A DNA stretch of 64,000 nucleotides from an uncultured Acidobacteriota bacterium (GCA_963796275.1 CAWCKY010000006.1:2752001-2816000), one strand, 5' to 3'; counted from the stretch's first letter, positions 52,178 to 62,314 are shown. The notes: generated from the letters alone by a model not told the origin. Numbers and translations: made by a program.

Positions 52178-53132
52178 CGCCCTTCTGATATTCACGCTGG
52201 CGTACGCGCTGGATCGGCTGATCGGTGATCCGGAATGGGCGCCGCATCCCGTGCGTTGGATGGGGCGGCTGATCCAGAGCGGTGAAAGCGTCCTTCGTCG
52301 ATTCATTCGTACACCCCGGGCCGAATTCATCGGCGGCGTGTCGTTGAGTTTGCTCGTGGTCGGGTCTTTCGGACTAGGGAGCTGGCTTTTGTTGGGATGG
52401 CTGAGCGGCCGTAATCAAACTCTGACATTTGTAGTGTCGCTCTATTTCGCCGTGACGACGCTCGCTACCCGGTCGTTGTTGGATGAGGCGCGCGCCGTAA
52501 GGCGGTTACTATTGAATTCCGATCTGCTCGGGGCGCGACGGCAGGTCGCACGAATCGTCGGGCGGGATACACAGGCGCTGGACGAGCCGGAAGTGACGCG
52601 GGCCGTGATCGAAACGCTCGCCGAAAGCGCTTCGGACGGCATCGTCGCTCCGTTGTTCTACCTGGCGATCGGCGGCGTCCCTGCCGCGCTGGCGTACAAA
52701 GCGGTCAACACGCTCGACTCAATGATCGGGCATCGGGATACGCGATACGAATTCTTCGGTAAGTTCGCGGCGCGACTGGATGACGTGGTGAATTTCATCC
52801 CGGCCAGGCTAACCGCTCTGCTGTTTGTACTGTCCGCATGGGCGCTGCGTCTCGACTGGCGCGGCGCATGGCGCGTCCTGGGGCGTGACAGTTCGAAACA
52901 CAAAAGCCCGAACGCCGGACGCCCAGAAGCGGCGATGGCGGGCGCGCTCGCTGTGAGGCTCGGCGGGAAGAACTATTACGACGGAGAGCCACATTACGGC
53001 CCATATCTGGGGGATGCCAAGCGTCCGCTCGATGATCGGGCGTTGGGATGCGCGCTGCGGATGACCGCATGCGCGTCTTTGTTGATGTTCGTGATCTGTC
53101 TGACTGCGCAGCTTTTCCTCTTCGGTTGGTAG
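52164..53132 (+). CDS. cbiB: adenosylcobinamide-phosphate synthase
   Basis: IGDP..HPVRWMG, IVGRDT, ETLAESASDG, YKAVNTLDSMIG, SPNAG.PEAAMAGAL. Confidence 0.95.
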   Translation: MEKNNALLIFTLAYALDRLIGDPEWAPHPVRWMGRLIQSGESVLRRFIRTPRAEFIGGVSLSLLVVGSFGLGSWLLLGWLSGRNQTLTFVVSLYFAVTTLATRSLLDEARAVRRLLLNSDLLGARRQVARIVGRDTQALDEPEVTRAVIETLAESASDGIVAPLFYLAIGGVPAALAYKAVNTLDSMIGHRDTRYEFFGKFAARLDDVVNFIPARLTALLFVLSAWALRLDWRGAWRVLGRDSSKHKSPNAGRPEAAMAGALAVRLGGKNYYDGEPHYGPYLGDAKRPLDDRALGCALRMTACASLLMFVICLTAQLFLFGW

Positions 53133-53184
53133 CGCGCATCAGGGTTGAGTTGAATCCCATGAGAAAGAAACCGAGCGAGCCAAT

Positions 53185-54300
53185 ATGGCAGTGAAAAAGG
53201 TGTCGAATAAGTTGGAGCCTGCCGAAGCCACCCATGGCGGGCGGGTGTATGAGGCTGCGCGGCTTTGGGGGATTGCGCCCGAAGAAGTGATCGACTTCAG
53301 CGCGAACATCAATCCGCTCGGGCCGCCGCCGGGAGCGCTCGCAGCGATCGAGAACTGTCTCGGGCCAGCCAGGCTTCGAGCTTACCCCGACTCATACGCC
53401 TTCATTTCGGCGCTGGGGGAGAAACACGGCGTCGCGCCCGATGAAATCGTTGTCGGGGCCGGCTCGGCGGCCCTGATGTTCGCCGCGTTGCGCGCGCTGC
53501 TGCCGGCGACAGCGCTCGTGCTGGAGCCGGGCTTCGATGAATATTTTCGCGCTTGCGCGGCTGTCAAAGCTCAAGTAACGCGTATAAGGCTTACGGAAAA
53601 GAACAATTTCGCGACGGACTTCGGCGCCTTGGTACGCCTCATCGAAACGCGTCAATGTGATCTTGTCATTTTGAACTCACCTCACAATCCGACCGGGCGT
53701 TCGTATGCGAGAGAGGACGTGCTGGCGCTCCTAGATGTGGCGGAGGCGAACGACGTCGCAGTGCTGCTGGATGAGGCGTTTATTGATTACGCCCCGCAGG
53801 CCAGCCAGCTCAGAAATGCGGTATCAAAAAAGCGGGTTGTCGTGTTGCGCTCACTTACCAAGTTTTACGCCATCCCCGGGTTGCGTGTCGGATATGCCGT
53901 TTGTGCGGCCGAAATGGCGGCGACGATAAGAAAGCAGATCGACGCGTGGCCTGTTTCTACCATCGCGCTGGAAGCAGGGCGCGCGGCCCTGGCAGCGGGG
54001 GAGTATGAGGCGGAGACCCGCCGTCTCAACACGCAGGCTCGGGAAGAATTCGCGGCGGCGTTGCGGGAAATCGGGCTATTCGTTTTCCCCTCCGAAGCCA
54101 ACTTTTTGCTGGTCAAGCTATCACAGGGTTCAGGCGCGGAACTGGCTCGATGGCTCGAATCCGCTCGAATTTTGATTCGGCGGTGTAACTCATTTTCGGG
54201 GCTGGGCGACGCTTACATCCGGCTCGCCATCAGATCGAGAGAAGACAATTTGCGTTTGGTTTCCCTGATAGAAGCCTGGCTGATGCGGAGCGAACCATGA
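53185..54300 (+). CDS. cobD: L-threonine-O-3-phosphate decarboxylase
   Basis: HGG, DFSANINPLG, PHNPTG, DEAFID, RSLTKFYAIPGLRVGY. Confidence 0.9.
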   Translation: MAVKKVSNKLEPAEATHGGRVYEAARLWGIAPEEVIDFSANINPLGPPPGALAAIENCLGPARLRAYPDSYAFISALGEKHGVAPDEIVVGAGSAALMFAALRALLPATALVLEPGFDEYFRACAAVKAQVTRIRLTEKNNFATDFGALVRLIETRQCDLVILNSPHNPTGRSYAREDVLALLDVAEANDVAVLLDEAFIDYAPQASQLRNAVSKKRVVVLRSLTKFYAIPGLRVGYAVCAAEMAATIRKQIDAWPVSTIALEAGRAALAAGEYEAETRRLNTQAREEFAAALREIGLFVFPSEANFLLVKLSQGSGAELARWLESARILIRRCNSFSGLGDAYIRLAIRSREDNLRLVSLIEAWLMRSEP

Positions 54301-54869
54301 TGACTCTAGTGCTGGGCGGGGCGCGCAGCGGCAAGAGCCGTTACGCGCAATCGCTGTGCGCTTCATCATCGAGTGTGACCTACGTCGCCACGGCGCGCGC
54401 TGAGGACGGCGAGGGCGATCAGGAAATGCGAGAGCGCATCGCGCGCCACCGCGCGGATCGCCCGGCCGAATGGCAGACCGTCGAAGAGCCTCTTTACCTT
54501 TCGCGAGCGATCCGCGAAGCGCCGATCGAAGCGACTTTGTTGATCGACTGCGCCACAATCTGGATCTCCAACCTGATGTGGGAATTCAGGGAGGAGTCGG
54601 CAGCGCAACAAAACAGGCTGATTTTTGTGGCTATTGATCAGCTGATCGATGATGTGCGGTGGCGCGCCGAAAACTCCGAAATCGCGGGTGAGGTGATCAT
54701 TGTCAGCAATGAGGTCGGCGGCGGTCTTGTGCCGGAACATCCCGTTGCGCGCGCATTTCGTGATCTACAGGGCTTCGCCAATCAACGCCTGGCGCAGGCC
54801 GCCGACAATGTAGTCTTTGTCATCGCGGGATTGCCTCTACGGTTGAAACCGGAGGCTCCCGTGACATGA
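54297..54869 (+). CDS. cobU: adenosylcobinamide kinase / guanylyltransferase
   Basis: GGARSGKS, RIARHR, LIDC, VSNEVG, FRDLQG..NQ, AGLP. Confidence 0.95.
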   Translation: MMTLVLGGARSGKSRYAQSLCASSSSVTYVATARAEDGEGDQEMRERIARHRADRPAEWQTVEEPLYLSRAIREAPIEATLLIDCATIWISNLMWEFREESAAQQNRLIFVAIDQLIDDVRWRAENSEIAGEVIIVSNEVGGGLVPEHPVARAFRDLQGFANQRLAQAADNVVFVIAGLPLRLKPEAPVT

Positions 54870-54900
54870 CCCTTCAAAGCAAGTTTTAGGAGGCGACAGA

Positions 54901-55479
54901 ATGAATAGCATTGCCACAAAACATGGCGACGGTGGGCAAACGCGGCTGATCGGAGGGGCTCAGGTTTCGAAATCCGATCTTCGTGTCGAAGCTTACGGTG
55001 CGATAGACGAACTCGGAGCGGCCATGGGGTTTGCGCGCTCCATCTGCGGCGACGAAGAGGTCAACCAGCTGACGAAAGCGATTCAGCGGGAGCTTTTCCT
55101 GGTCGCCGGCTCGACCGCCAATCCCCAGGCGCTTCAAAAACAACCGCCCGACGTGACGCCCGAAATGGCAGATCGTTTAACCAAAGAAGTTCATCGTCTT
55201 GAAAACCTCGAAGGCATTCTCGCAGACTGGGCGCTGCCCGGCGACCATGCGCCGGCGGCCGCCTACGACCTGGCGCGGTCCGTTTGCCGGCGCGCTGAGC
55301 GAGGCGTAGTTCGCCTGCGGGAAGCGGGCGAGGAGGTCAGTGACGAAGTCATTCGCTATCTCAATCGCCTTTCAGATCTACTGTGGTTGCTTGGGCGAAC
55401 GCTGGAGTTGCGCGCGGGAGTTGATTCCAGATTGCGCGACGAGGCCCGCGGCGGGAATCAATTTTCGAGGGCATGGTGA
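54901..55479 (+). CDS. pduO: PduO-type corrinoid adenosyltransferase
   Basis: TKHGDGGQT, RVEAYGAIDEL, ARSVCRRAER, YLNRLSD. Confidence 0.92.
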   Translation: MNSIATKHGDGGQTRLIGGAQVSKSDLRVEAYGAIDELGAAMGFARSICGDEEVNQLTKAIQRELFLVAGSTANPQALQKQPPDVTPEMADRLTKEVHRLENLEGILADWALPGDHAPAAAYDLARSVCRRAERGVVRLREAGEEVSDEVIRYLNRLSDLLWLLGRTLELRAGVDSRLRDEARGGNQFSRAW

Positions 55480-55727
55480 TGTTGCGCAAATTGATGAGGC
55501 TTATTTTTCCAGACAAACGGGCGCGGCGCGCCTGTGAGGCCTGCGGAAATTCATTCCGCTGCGGCGCCTCTCTCAAAGGTTGCTGGTGCTTTCAAGTGAA
55601 ACTCAGACCGGGCGCGAGAGAAGAGTTGCGCGGGAAATATAAATACTGCCTGTGCGCCGACTGCCTGGCGCCCTTCATAATAAATCACGCGCCCGAATCC
55701 GACCAATCTGGGGCGACTTCTCAATGA
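55473..55727 (+). CDS. cysteine-rich CWC family protein
   Basis: CEACG..FRCG....CWC...CLCADCL. Confidence 0.8.
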   Translation: MVMLRKLMRLIFPDKRARRACEACGNSFRCGASLKGCWCFQVKLRPGAREELRGKYKYCLCADCLAPFIINHAPESDQSGATSQ

Positions 55728-55850
55728 TTGACGAGACGATAAATCGCATTACCCCACCCGCTCAAGATTGGCTTGATCAGGGGCGACAAACCAGTTGACG
55801 GAAGTGGCGTTGTATATGACGGCCGTCATTCTGGCGCGCTTAAACTTGCT

Positions 55851-56486
55851 ATGAGCGAAACAAATTCTTCAAACCGGTTGCGCCTGTATTTGATTCGGCA
55901 TGGCGAGATCGAGTCATTGGCCGCCGGTAAGCTGATCGGGCATACGGATGTCTCGTTGTCAGACCTTGGCGTGGAACAGGCGCGGCTCATCGCGAAAAAA
56001 ATGGACCACATGCAATTGGACGCCATTTATTCCAGCGACCTCCGGCGCGCCTTTCATACGGCCGAAATACTAGCTGGAAGTAAGCGGATGACGGTGCGGT
56101 CGTCGCATATCTGGCGCGAGATCAGCATGGGGTCATGGGAAGGTCGCGCCCTCTCCGATCTAATCGAAGAAGCGCCAGAGCACGTCTCCTTGCTTTTCAG
56201 TGACCCGGGTTCATTTGTGTATCCGGGTGGGGAATCATTCGCAGGCTTCGCAACGCGAATCCAGGAAGCACTGGAACGATTGTTACAAACCCATTTGAAT
56301 GGCGAAATCGCGCTGGTCGCCCACGGCGGCGTTTGCCGTGCAATCATAGGCGGCGTTTTGGGAATATCCATGCAGAATTGGCTTCGTGTGGCGCAGCGTT
56401 ATGGCTGTTTAAACGTGATCTCCTGGTTTGACTCTCATCCCGTGGTGGAACTATTGAATTATAGTTCGGAGGAGTTTCCTGCGTAG
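55851..56486 (+). CDS. cobC: histidine phosphatase (alpha-ribazole / adenosylcobalamin phosphatase)
   Basis: LIRHGE, YSSDLRRA..TA, REISMGSWEG, PGGES, VAHGG; last gene of the cob cluster. Confidence 0.8.
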   Translation: MSETNSSNRLRLYLIRHGEIESLAAGKLIGHTDVSLSDLGVEQARLIAKKMDHMQLDAIYSSDLRRAFHTAEILAGSKRMTVRSSHIWREISMGSWEGRALSDLIEEAPEHVSLLFSDPGSFVYPGGESFAGFATRIQEALERLLQTHLNGEIALVAHGGVCRAIIGGVLGISMQNWLRVAQRYGCLNVISWFDSHPVVELLNYSSEEFPA

Positions 56487-56750
56487 GCTCATCGGTAGTG
56501 CTACCAATGTAATGTTGGATCGCCAAGCCCAATAACATCCCGGTTACAATGACAGTCGAAGTATTTGATTGCTCCCATATGATTCCTCAGGGTCTTCGAA
56601 AAGCTCAATGAACATCGGACCAGGATGCGAGACTCGTTGCCTTAAAGTGCAATTGAATCGTTCGATAATATTGGTATTTCCTGTCTTACTGGAGCGGTAT
56701 CTCATACCTTTATGAGGTGACCACTACCTTAAAGGCAATGGCTGATTATC

Positions 56751-57050
56751 TCACCTTGGCGTGTCCCAGACGCCGTTAGGCAAGTAGTGGAACCGAATCA
56801 AGTACACCTTGTCGCCGCTGCCGTGTCTTGCGATTCGCAGCAAATCAGCGACGGAGGTGAACCCCGATTCACGGGCCAGCTCGTTCGTGATGTCGGCGAC
56901 GGTAATCTGCGTAATTGAATCCACAACAATCTGGCCCTCGTCCATCTGGTAATGACCGCCTACCTTTACACGAGGACTCTTCCAGATGCGAATGCTGCAT
57001 GTGATTCTCCCGAGCCGGATTCCCATGCGAAGGCGTTTGGTGAACATCAT
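56751..57050 (-). CDS. ASCH-domain protein
   Basis: MFTKRLR..I..G.ITCSIR.W..PRVKVGG...DIT..LARESGF. Confidence 0.75.
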   Translation of the reverse strand: MMFTKRLRMGIRLGRITCSIRIWKSPRVKVGGHYQMDEGQIVVDSITQITVADITNELARESGFTSVADLLRIARHGSGDKVYLIRFHYLPNGVWDTPR

Positions 57051-57307
57051 ATTGAACCTCACCCAAGGGCCCAGAGGCATTGATCAGTGGCTCGCCCGCC
57101 ACGCCGTTGCCTCAACCGGTTCCTGCCGCTAAAATTCCCAGACATTATTCTGATCTTGTCAGCTCCCTCTGAACCGTTCGACCGCGCGGAGACGGCGCCT
57201 TTGGAAGCTGGTACAGTATATGGTCATTGAGTCAACCTTTCTTCATGGCAGAAGCACGCGCCTTCTATGCGCGCTATGGCATCGTAGATCAGATCGCGAA
57301 CTGTTTT

Positions 57308-57441
57308 AAGTCCCGCAAGGGGCGTGATAAATCATAGATTATTTCGTCCCTTACGGGGCTTCTCGCTAATCTCACAGCGACCAGGGGGGACTCGCTGCCG
57401 CGCTTGCCGCTGGTTATATCATTGTCGGCCCCTTCGGGACT
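57308..57441. repeat. REP-like composite palindrome
   Basis: TCCCGCAAGGGG, GTCCCTTACGGGGC, CCAGGGGG..CGCTGCCGCGCTTGCCGCTGG and GCCCCTTCGGGAC hairpins. Confidence 0.55.
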
Positions 57442-57806
57442 CAGGTCCGAGTTTTCTATGCGCTGATTGGAGCGAAGTACGGCGCCCAATCAGCTATTCA
57501 CTCTCCAGAACTGAAAATGGTTTATGCTAACATTCGCGTAGTCGGCGTTGAACGAACCAGACAGGCGTCAGATTTAGGACCAAAGACCAATCCGCCTGTG
57601 GCCGAGGTTGTGTGGCGTTTCCCAGCGGCAGCTTGACGCCGGTTTCACTACTGTGGCAATTAGTCGGATGCGGCTACAATTCCACATAGGTTGATCTCGT
57701 AGCGAACACACAAAGAAAAACGATTGGCGAAGACTCGCCGAAGGAAAGGAATGGGACGCGACCCGTCGCGTCGCGCTCCACAACACCAACCCGGAGTGAA
57801 CAGGTC

Positions 57807-58874
57807 ATGAAAAGAAGCGTTAAGCGCTTTATTGCGCTGATCGGAATCATGTTCGCGTTGAGCTTGTCGGGGATTGCGATCTTGCAACCTACGGTTGCGA
57901 TGCAATCTTCGCAAACGGACGCGCGCGCAGTAGTACAAAAAATTTGTGGCACCGCCTGCCACACGCTGGAGCGCGCCACCGTGTCGCCGCGCAGTCGAGC
58001 CCAATGGGAAGATGTCATCAGCAAAATGATTTCGATGGGTGCGAAAGGGACGGATGAGGAATTTGCTACGGCGCTCAATTATCTGGCGACCAACTATGGA
58101 CGTGACGCCACCGCCGCTCAAGCGAACCGTCCCGCGGGCAAACCCGTCGGCGTATTGGGCGCGGGCGCCAACGATAAACATATCGTAGACAACGCAGCGG
58201 CCGACCGCGGGCGCGCAGTCTGGGCGGCGCAATGTATTAACTGCCACGGCACGACAGCCCGCGGCACTGACAAAGGGGCCAATCTGGTGCGCTCGGACAT
58301 GATGTGGAGCGACCGATACGGCAGCGACCTTGGGCCGTTTCTGCAAAAAGGACATCCGACGCAAAGCGGCGCACCGAGCGCCGACCTGAGCAAAACGCAG
58401 GTCGAAGAGCTTTCGCATTTCATTCATCAACGTCTTTACGATACGTTGCGTGGTTCGCCGATTTTCAATCCGCAGAATGTGCTGACCGGCAATGTCAAAG
58501 AGGGCGAGGCGTATTTCAACGGCGAAGGTAAATGCAATACGTGCCATTCCGTCACTGGAGATTTGGCGGGTTATGGCAAAACCGCAAATCCCGTCAACAT
58601 ACAGCAGCGCTTTATGTTTCCGCGCGCTCGTAGACAAAAATTAACCATCACAGTAACACTCGCGAATGGCCCGGTCGTCACTGGAACTCCGATTCACATT
58701 GATGATTTTGATGTGTCGTTGCGCGATGACAAAGGCGAATATCATTCGTGGAAGCGCTCGGCTGCGCTCAAAGTCGTTAAGAATGATCCGTTGAAAGCGC
58801 ACATCGAATTGCTCGACAAAATCACCGACAAAAACATGCACGACATCGTCGCTTATCTGGAGTCACTCAAATGA
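57807..58874 (+). CDS. multiheme c-type cytochrome
   Basis: Signal peptide; CGTACH, CINCH, CNTCH; C-terminal HDIVAYLESLK. Confidence 0.88.
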   Translation: MKRSVKRFIALIGIMFALSLSGIAILQPTVAMQSSQTDARAVVQKICGTACHTLERATVSPRSRAQWEDVISKMISMGAKGTDEEFATALNYLATNYGRDATAAQANRPAGKPVGVLGAGANDKHIVDNAAADRGRAVWAAQCINCHGTTARGTDKGANLVRSDMMWSDRYGSDLGPFLQKGHPTQSGAPSADLSKTQVEELSHFIHQRLYDTLRGSPIFNPQNVLTGNVKEGEAYFNGEGKCNTCHSVTGDLAGYGKTANPVNIQQRFMFPRARRQKLTITVTLANGPVVTGTPIHIDDFDVSLRDDKGEYHSWKRSAALKVVKNDPLKAHIELLDKITDKNMHDIVAYLESLK

Positions 58875-60479
58875 AATTCATCAGAACGATTCTTTTCATT
58901 TCTCTTTGCGCCGCGCCGTTGTTCGCGCAAGGCAGTCTCGACCCCGCGAAAGTAGGACAACCGCCCACCGATTCGTGGACGTCGTATCACGGCGATTATT
59001 CGGGACGCCGTTACAGCTCGCTGAATAAGATCAATGCGAATAACATCAACTCACTCGGGCCTCGCTTGGGTCTTTCGCGCCAATGTCAATCAAGGCGCGA
59101 TTAAAGCTTCTCCGCTGGTAGTCAATGGAGTGATGTATTTCACGGTGCCCGATCACGTCTGGGCGATTGACGCGCGCACGGGACGCGAAATCTGGCATCA
59201 CGTCTGGAAATCTGAGGGAGGCATTCACATCGGCAATCGCGGCGTAGGCATTATGGGCGATGCGCTTTATGTCGAAACGGCGGATTGCAATTTAGTCGCG
59301 TTGAATTTGAAAGACGGCAAGGAGCGCTGGCGCAAAACGATTTGCGATCTGGATCAATTCTTTTTCGGTTCCACCGCGCCGATAATCGTCAAAAATCATG
59401 TGATCACGGGCATCAGCGGCGACGATTTGGACAGAGCCGGGTACATCCAATCGCACGATCCGGTCACGGGCAAATTGCAATGGCGCTGGTACGTCGTGCC
59501 GCAAAAGATGGGCGACCCCGGTTCCGAAACTTGGCCGAACGAAGAAGCGATGAAACACGGCGGAGGCATGACGTGGCAACCGATCACGTATGATCCCGAA
59601 TTGAACTTGATTTACGTCGCAACGGGCAATCCGCAACCCGTGATCGCGCACAAGAACAGGGCAGGCGCGAATCTCTATACCGAATCCATCGTCGCGCTTA
59701 ATCCCGACACGGGAAAGATGGTTTGGTATTTTCAGGCTTCGCCGCACGACACGCATGACTGGGATGCCACGCAGGTTCCCGTGCTCTTTGATGGCGAAGT
59801 CAACGGGCAGAAACGCAAACTGCTCGCGCAAGCCAGCCGCAACGGATTTTTCTTTGTGCTTGACCGGGCCACCGGCAAAAACATTCTCACCACTGAATTC
59901 GTCAAAACGAATTGGTCGAATGGACTTGACGCAAAAGGGCAACCGATTCCGAATCCGGCGAAAGAGCCGCAATTGGACGGAGCTCTCGTCACGCCTAATC
60001 AATACGGCGCAACGAATTGGCCTCCGCCCAGCTTCAGCCCTGAAACCGGCCTGTTTTACGTGAATGCATTTCGCGCGTTCAGCATCTATTACATTTACGA
60101 CCCTGACGACAATCCGCAAGGGTGGGGCGGCACAGATCGAGGCGGATGGCAGGAAGCGATGATGCAGGCCATTGATTACAAGACGGGCAAAATTCGTTGG
60201 AGCCACAAATGGGAGGGGGGCGGTTCGCGTTCAGGGGTATTAAGCACCGCAGGCAATCTTGTGTTCACAGGAGATGGCTCAAATAACTTGGTTGCGCTTG
60301 ACGCCCGCACAGGCAATGCCCTGTGGCACGCTAATTTGGGCGGCGGCGTCGGGAATGGCCCGATAACATATGAATTAGATGGGAATCAATATGTGGTCGT
60401 AGGAGCAGGTGACATGCTGTTTGGCTTTGTAATGCTGGCAAAAGAGCCCTCCCGCCAGCTCTCGCAACGACCTAACTGA
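58871..60479 (+). CDS. PQQ-binding-like quinoprotein (acido-empty-quinoprotein type), +1 frameshift near 59058
   Basis: WTSYHGDYSGRRYS, PLVVNGVMY, NRGV, TGNP, PHDTHDWDA, GATNWPP, ITYELDGNQYV; removing one G from CTCGGGCCTC joins the two ORFs. Confidence 0.85.
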
Positions 60480-60683
60480 ACCCAACTAAATATTGTGCGG
60501 TTCATACGGAAGGGACGGAACCGAGACAAATGCGGGCGTCTTTATAAAGTAAGATTTCGGTAAGCCTGCAACCTATCAGATTAAAAGAGACGAAGGATAC
60601 GTGCGGGCGAATGTGACCGGTTCGTACGGCAAGGTCGGCTGGACGCAACCCGTCATGATCGGTAAAGCATGAGGACTAATTAA

Positions 60684-61610
60684 ATGACAAAGAACCTTTA
60701 CAACACCCATTCCAGACGCTTTTTTTTGAAACAAGCCGGATATTTCTCGACGATGGCCATCATGGCGCCCTCCGCTTTAACGGCTGGTGCGCAGGGGAAG
60801 TTCAAGCTAGGGCTTCAGCTTTACTCCATCAGGGATGCGATGGCAAAAGACCTTCGCGGCGCCTTTAAACGCATAGTCGAGTTTGGGTATCAGGAAGTCG
60901 AGACCTATGGATTCAACTATGGCAATAACAAATATTACTGGGGCTTTGAGCCGAAACAAGCCGAACGGTTGCTCGCCGAATGCGGCCTTACGACGTCCTC
61001 AGGTCATTACGATCTGGATAGGTTTTTCGGAAAAGATCAGCAGGATGAGCTAAAACGCTATACCGATGAGTGCATCAATGGAGCTACGGCGCTCAAACAG
61101 CGTTATATTGTTTGGCCGACCCTGGCGCCTCAATACAGAACGATCGATGAATTTAAGCGGCTAGCCGCCACGCTGAACTCAATCGGCGAGCGGATCAAGC
61201 GGGGAGGATTACAGCTTGCCTATCACAATTTTGGTTATGACTTTATCGATCAAGGGGGCGTCATTCCCTATGACATTATTTTGAATGAAACGGATCCGGA
61301 GCTCGTAAAAATGCAACTGGATCTCTATTGGTTCAACTACGGTACCCGCTCAAAACCGCTGGATTGGTTCAAAAAACAACCCGGCCGTTATGTTATGTGG
61401 CATATCAAAGATATGGATAAGCGAAATAGGGAATTGCATACCACGGTCGGCGACGGGCAGATCGATTTCAAACCGATTTTCAATGATTACCAAATCGCCG
61501 GCGTCAAACACATGTTCGTCGAGCAGGGAAATAATTATGTTCCGGATTCTATGAGTTGCGTGCAACGCAGCGCGGCCTACGTAAAAAAATCGTTGTTTAC
61601 TGGCATATAA
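60684..61610 (+). CDS. sugar phosphate isomerase/epimerase (xylose-isomerase-like TIM barrel), Tat signal
   Basis: SRRFFLK, GLQLYSIR, AYHN, QLDLYW, WHIKD, GDGQIDF, FVEQ. Confidence 0.88.
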   Translation: MTKNLYNTHSRRFFLKQAGYFSTMAIMAPSALTAGAQGKFKLGLQLYSIRDAMAKDLRGAFKRIVEFGYQEVETYGFNYGNNKYYWGFEPKQAERLLAECGLTTSSGHYDLDRFFGKDQQDELKRYTDECINGATALKQRYIVWPTLAPQYRTIDEFKRLAATLNSIGERIKRGGLQLAYHNFGYDFIDQGGVIPYDIILNETDPELVKMQLDLYWFNYGTRSKPLDWFKKQPGRYVMWHIKDMDKRNRELHTTVGDGQIDFKPIFNDYQIAGVKHMFVEQGNNYVPDSMSCVQRSAAYVKKSLFTGI

Positions 61611-61927
61611 TCGAGTTTTCAATCAGGCGTTGCGGCGCTTTCTACGTCATGAAGCCACGATGGAATATGGGTGAGTGCTCAAAGCTTCATATCGATCCTC
61701 AAAAGCTTAGTGATCCTCGCAGGTAATCGCAAGATGCACCAAGATCGGGCGCGCCTGATCAAGGTCTGCTGCGCGCCGGTCCCCCCGGTGCAGTTGGAAG
61801 GTGCGCCTCTCCACGCAAGTTTAGGTCCGAGCAGACATTTATTTCGGCATGAAAACCGACTGCCTTTGCTCTAGCGCGCTTGCTACCAACGTTTACAAAC
61901 AAGGTAGCCGCCCGACCCGGATTGAGG

Positions 61928-62015
61928 TATAATTTAAACAACTGGCAGCGGTAACTAATGGCTGAGGACGCTGCTGAATCGGCGGGAGCGAAAGCGCCCG
62001 CCATTACTATTTCTA
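61928..62015 (+). ncRNA. putative small structured RNA, copy 2, with TATAAT box
   Basis: Near-identical to 16728-16818; within the presumed RNA the only difference is a short indel in the loop of stem 1. Confidence 0.5.
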
Positions 62016-62314
62016 TGCTGAAGAGCGTTGCGTGCGAAGATAACTTTGTCGAAGACGCTCAAAAATTCTCGTGAAACGGGCCAATATTGAGTTGAAGGAT
62101 CGAAACCTTAAGGCGTAAACCCTCCATAGTTCAAATGGTAAGGGACACAGCAACGATGCGGGCGTTTGGTGATTTAGGTCTTCACGCGGTTTGGTAGTAT
62201 TTGGGTGATTCTGGGCTCCGCTGTCGTTTGCCTGATGGCGAATGCCATTTCTTGTAATCCTTAGCTATGATTTTTCAGTGACACTTCTTCAGCTTGGACA
62301 GAAGGGTAAGGGGC

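Noticed and set aside
2865-59065. Frameshifts in TonB receptor 1 (~2872), the HEXXH protein (~15151), DinB (two) and the quinoprotein (~59058) as programmed frameshifting or phase variation
   Set aside because: All are single extra bases, mostly lengthening short runs, in unrelated and otherwise intact genes, with no slippery heptamer or long tract. Long-read consensus error is the simplest explanation; read pile-ups would settle it.
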